Shown here in pieces: positions 54,911-55,998 of a stretch of DNA of 55,998 nt. The position numbers and the translations under genes were made by a program. The stretch spans positions 1 to 55,998 of the IMG/VR virus record IMGVR_UViG_3300006802_000116; one strand, written 5' to 3'. The DNA comes from a virus. Lineage: Duplodnaviria > Caudoviricetes. Each line of letters opens with the position of its first letter. Position 1 is the stretch's first letter. The notes beneath the pieces are model-generated. The model was not told the DNA's origin. It saw only the letters and a program-made list of their open reading frames with translations, and searched no databases.

Positions 54911-55609
54911 ATGGGCTACAAGTTCAATCCCTTCACGGGCAGCCTGGACGATTCGACATCTCCAGGCGGCAGCACAACCCAGATCCAGTTCAACGATGCA
55001 GGCAGCTTCGGCGGCGACGTTGACCTGACCTGGAACAAAACCACCAACCTGCTGACGGTGGCCGGCGATGTGAACCTCAGCGACGGCGGCACCTACACCA
55101 CCACGCTGCAGACGATCACACCGACTGCCAACCGCACGATTTCGCTGCCTGATGCAACGGGCACCGTGGCATTAGTCGGAGGGTCTAGTGGGCAGCTGAT
55201 CTACAACAATGCTGGAGTTAACGCAGGCGCAAGTAGCACGTTTGACTCCACCAACGGTGTTCGCCACATTCTCCCATTCGGCTACGGCACTGGTGCAGGC
55301 GGCACTGTCACCCAAGCCACCAGCAAGGCAACAGCCGTCACCCTCAACACTCGCTGCGGTCAAATCACGCTGAACGCTGCAGCACTGGCATCAGACACCA
55401 CAGTCTCGTTCACGCTGACCAACAGCTCCATTGCAGCTGGTGATGTCTTGATCCTGAACCACATCTCCGGTGGCACACCTGGTTCGTATCTGCTGAATGC
55501 ACGCTCAGCAGCAGGTTCCGCCACTGTCGATGTCCGCAACATCACTGCGGGCTCCCTTAGCGAGGCGATCGTCATTGCGTTCGCTGTCATCAAAGCCACT
55601 ACTGCCTGA
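54911..55609 (+). CDS. Tail fibre-like protein
   Basis: YKFNPFTG, GGSTTQIQFNDAG, PTANRTISLPDATGT, VTQATSKATAVTLN. Confidence 0.7.
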   Translation: MGYKFNPFTGSLDDSTSPGGSTTQIQFNDAGSFGGDVDLTWNKTTNLLTVAGDVNLSDGGTYTTTLQTITPTANRTISLPDATGTVALVGGSSGQLIYNNAGVNAGASSTFDSTNGVRHILPFGYGTGAGGTVTQATSKATAVTLNTRCGQITLNAAALASDTTVSFTLTNSSIAAGDVLILNHISGGTPGSYLLNARSAAGSATVDVRNITAGSLSEAIVIAFAVIKATTA

Positions 55610-55620
55610 GGAGGTTAACC

Positions 55621-55917
55621 ATGGCTCAATTCACGATTGATGTTCCCGATGATCTGGCTGCCGGCTTTGTAGCCGACATGCACGCCAGCAATGAAGGTCG
55701 TCCTGACCCGTTCCAGAGCGTCCAGGACTACGTGCAGTTCTCGGCAGTTGCCTTGGCCACTGACCGCTGCAAAGCCCACAACGTGGGTCCGAACTATGTC
55801 GGCCTGGTGCTGGTGGCCGCCAAATATAACCAGGACGGCAGCCCCGTTGCACCCGCCGCTGCTGACCCCGCAGTCGTAGTCAACGACACTACTCAGCCCG
55901 ATGGAGGTGATGTATGA
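55621..55917 (+). CDS. Hypothetical protein
   Basis: RBS gaggagg; 98 aa. Confidence 0.6.
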   Translation: MAQFTIDVPDDLAAGFVADMHASNEGRPDPFQSVQDYVQFSAVALATDRCKAHNVGPNYVGLVLVAAKYNQDGSPVAPAAADPAVVVNDTTQPDGGDV

Positions 55918-55998
55918 CGCTTGTTTGGCGGCCAGGGTTTAGTGGTCTGACCGACGCTGATGCCATTGCGTATGTCGCCGCAGTGGAGGCTGCCGATG
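55914..55998 (+). CDS. Partial structural protein (runs off the window)
   Basis: MTLVWRPG...DADAIAYVAAVEAAD; ATGA-coupled. Confidence 0.5.
   Translation, partial: MTLVWRPGFSGLTDADAIAYVAAVEAAD

Noticed and set aside
50441-55998. Diversity-generating retroelement acting on tail fibres
   Set aside because: No reverse transcriptase and no adenine-variant TR/VR repeat pair were seen in the window.
1-55998. tRNA, rRNA, integrase or att sites
   Set aside because: None were recognisable by eye; lifestyle cannot be determined from this window.

Overview
This 56-kb, GC-rich window is a large piece of a tailed dsDNA phage genome. It is most likely a cyanophage of GC-rich picocyanobacteria, inferred from a CP12-like gene, a Dps gene and a possible NblA-like gene. 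It has two divergent arms separated by a ~0.7-kb non-coding region (21.4-22.07 kb). The left arm (minus strand) holds early/middle genes: SSBs, a beta-clamp-like protein, GP88-like, Gp157-like, HicA-like and many small ORFs. The right arm (plus strand) holds virion genes: putative internal proteins, terminase, portal, scaffold, a dual-domain endolysin, major capsid protein and tail fibres. The main finding is a complete phage-encoded ubiquitin-like conjugation operon at 15.4-19.2 kb: Ubl ending ...KG-RH, JAB/JAMM protease, E2-like, E1/ThiF and a coupled coiled-coil ORF. Second, the major capsid gene, which the ORF track misses as a unit, is split by three group I introns; splicing restores a 380-aa ORF. 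Intron 2 carries an antisense LAGLIDADG gene, intron 3 looks chimeric, and two free-standing LAGLIDADG-like genes lie next to the capsid gene. Other features are a repeated terminator+promoter-like cassette in the early arm, TAGA(A/C/T)T boxes before late genes, a split S74 chaperone, and a repeat-bounded array of small genes. All calls come from motif recognition by eye; no database searches were run.
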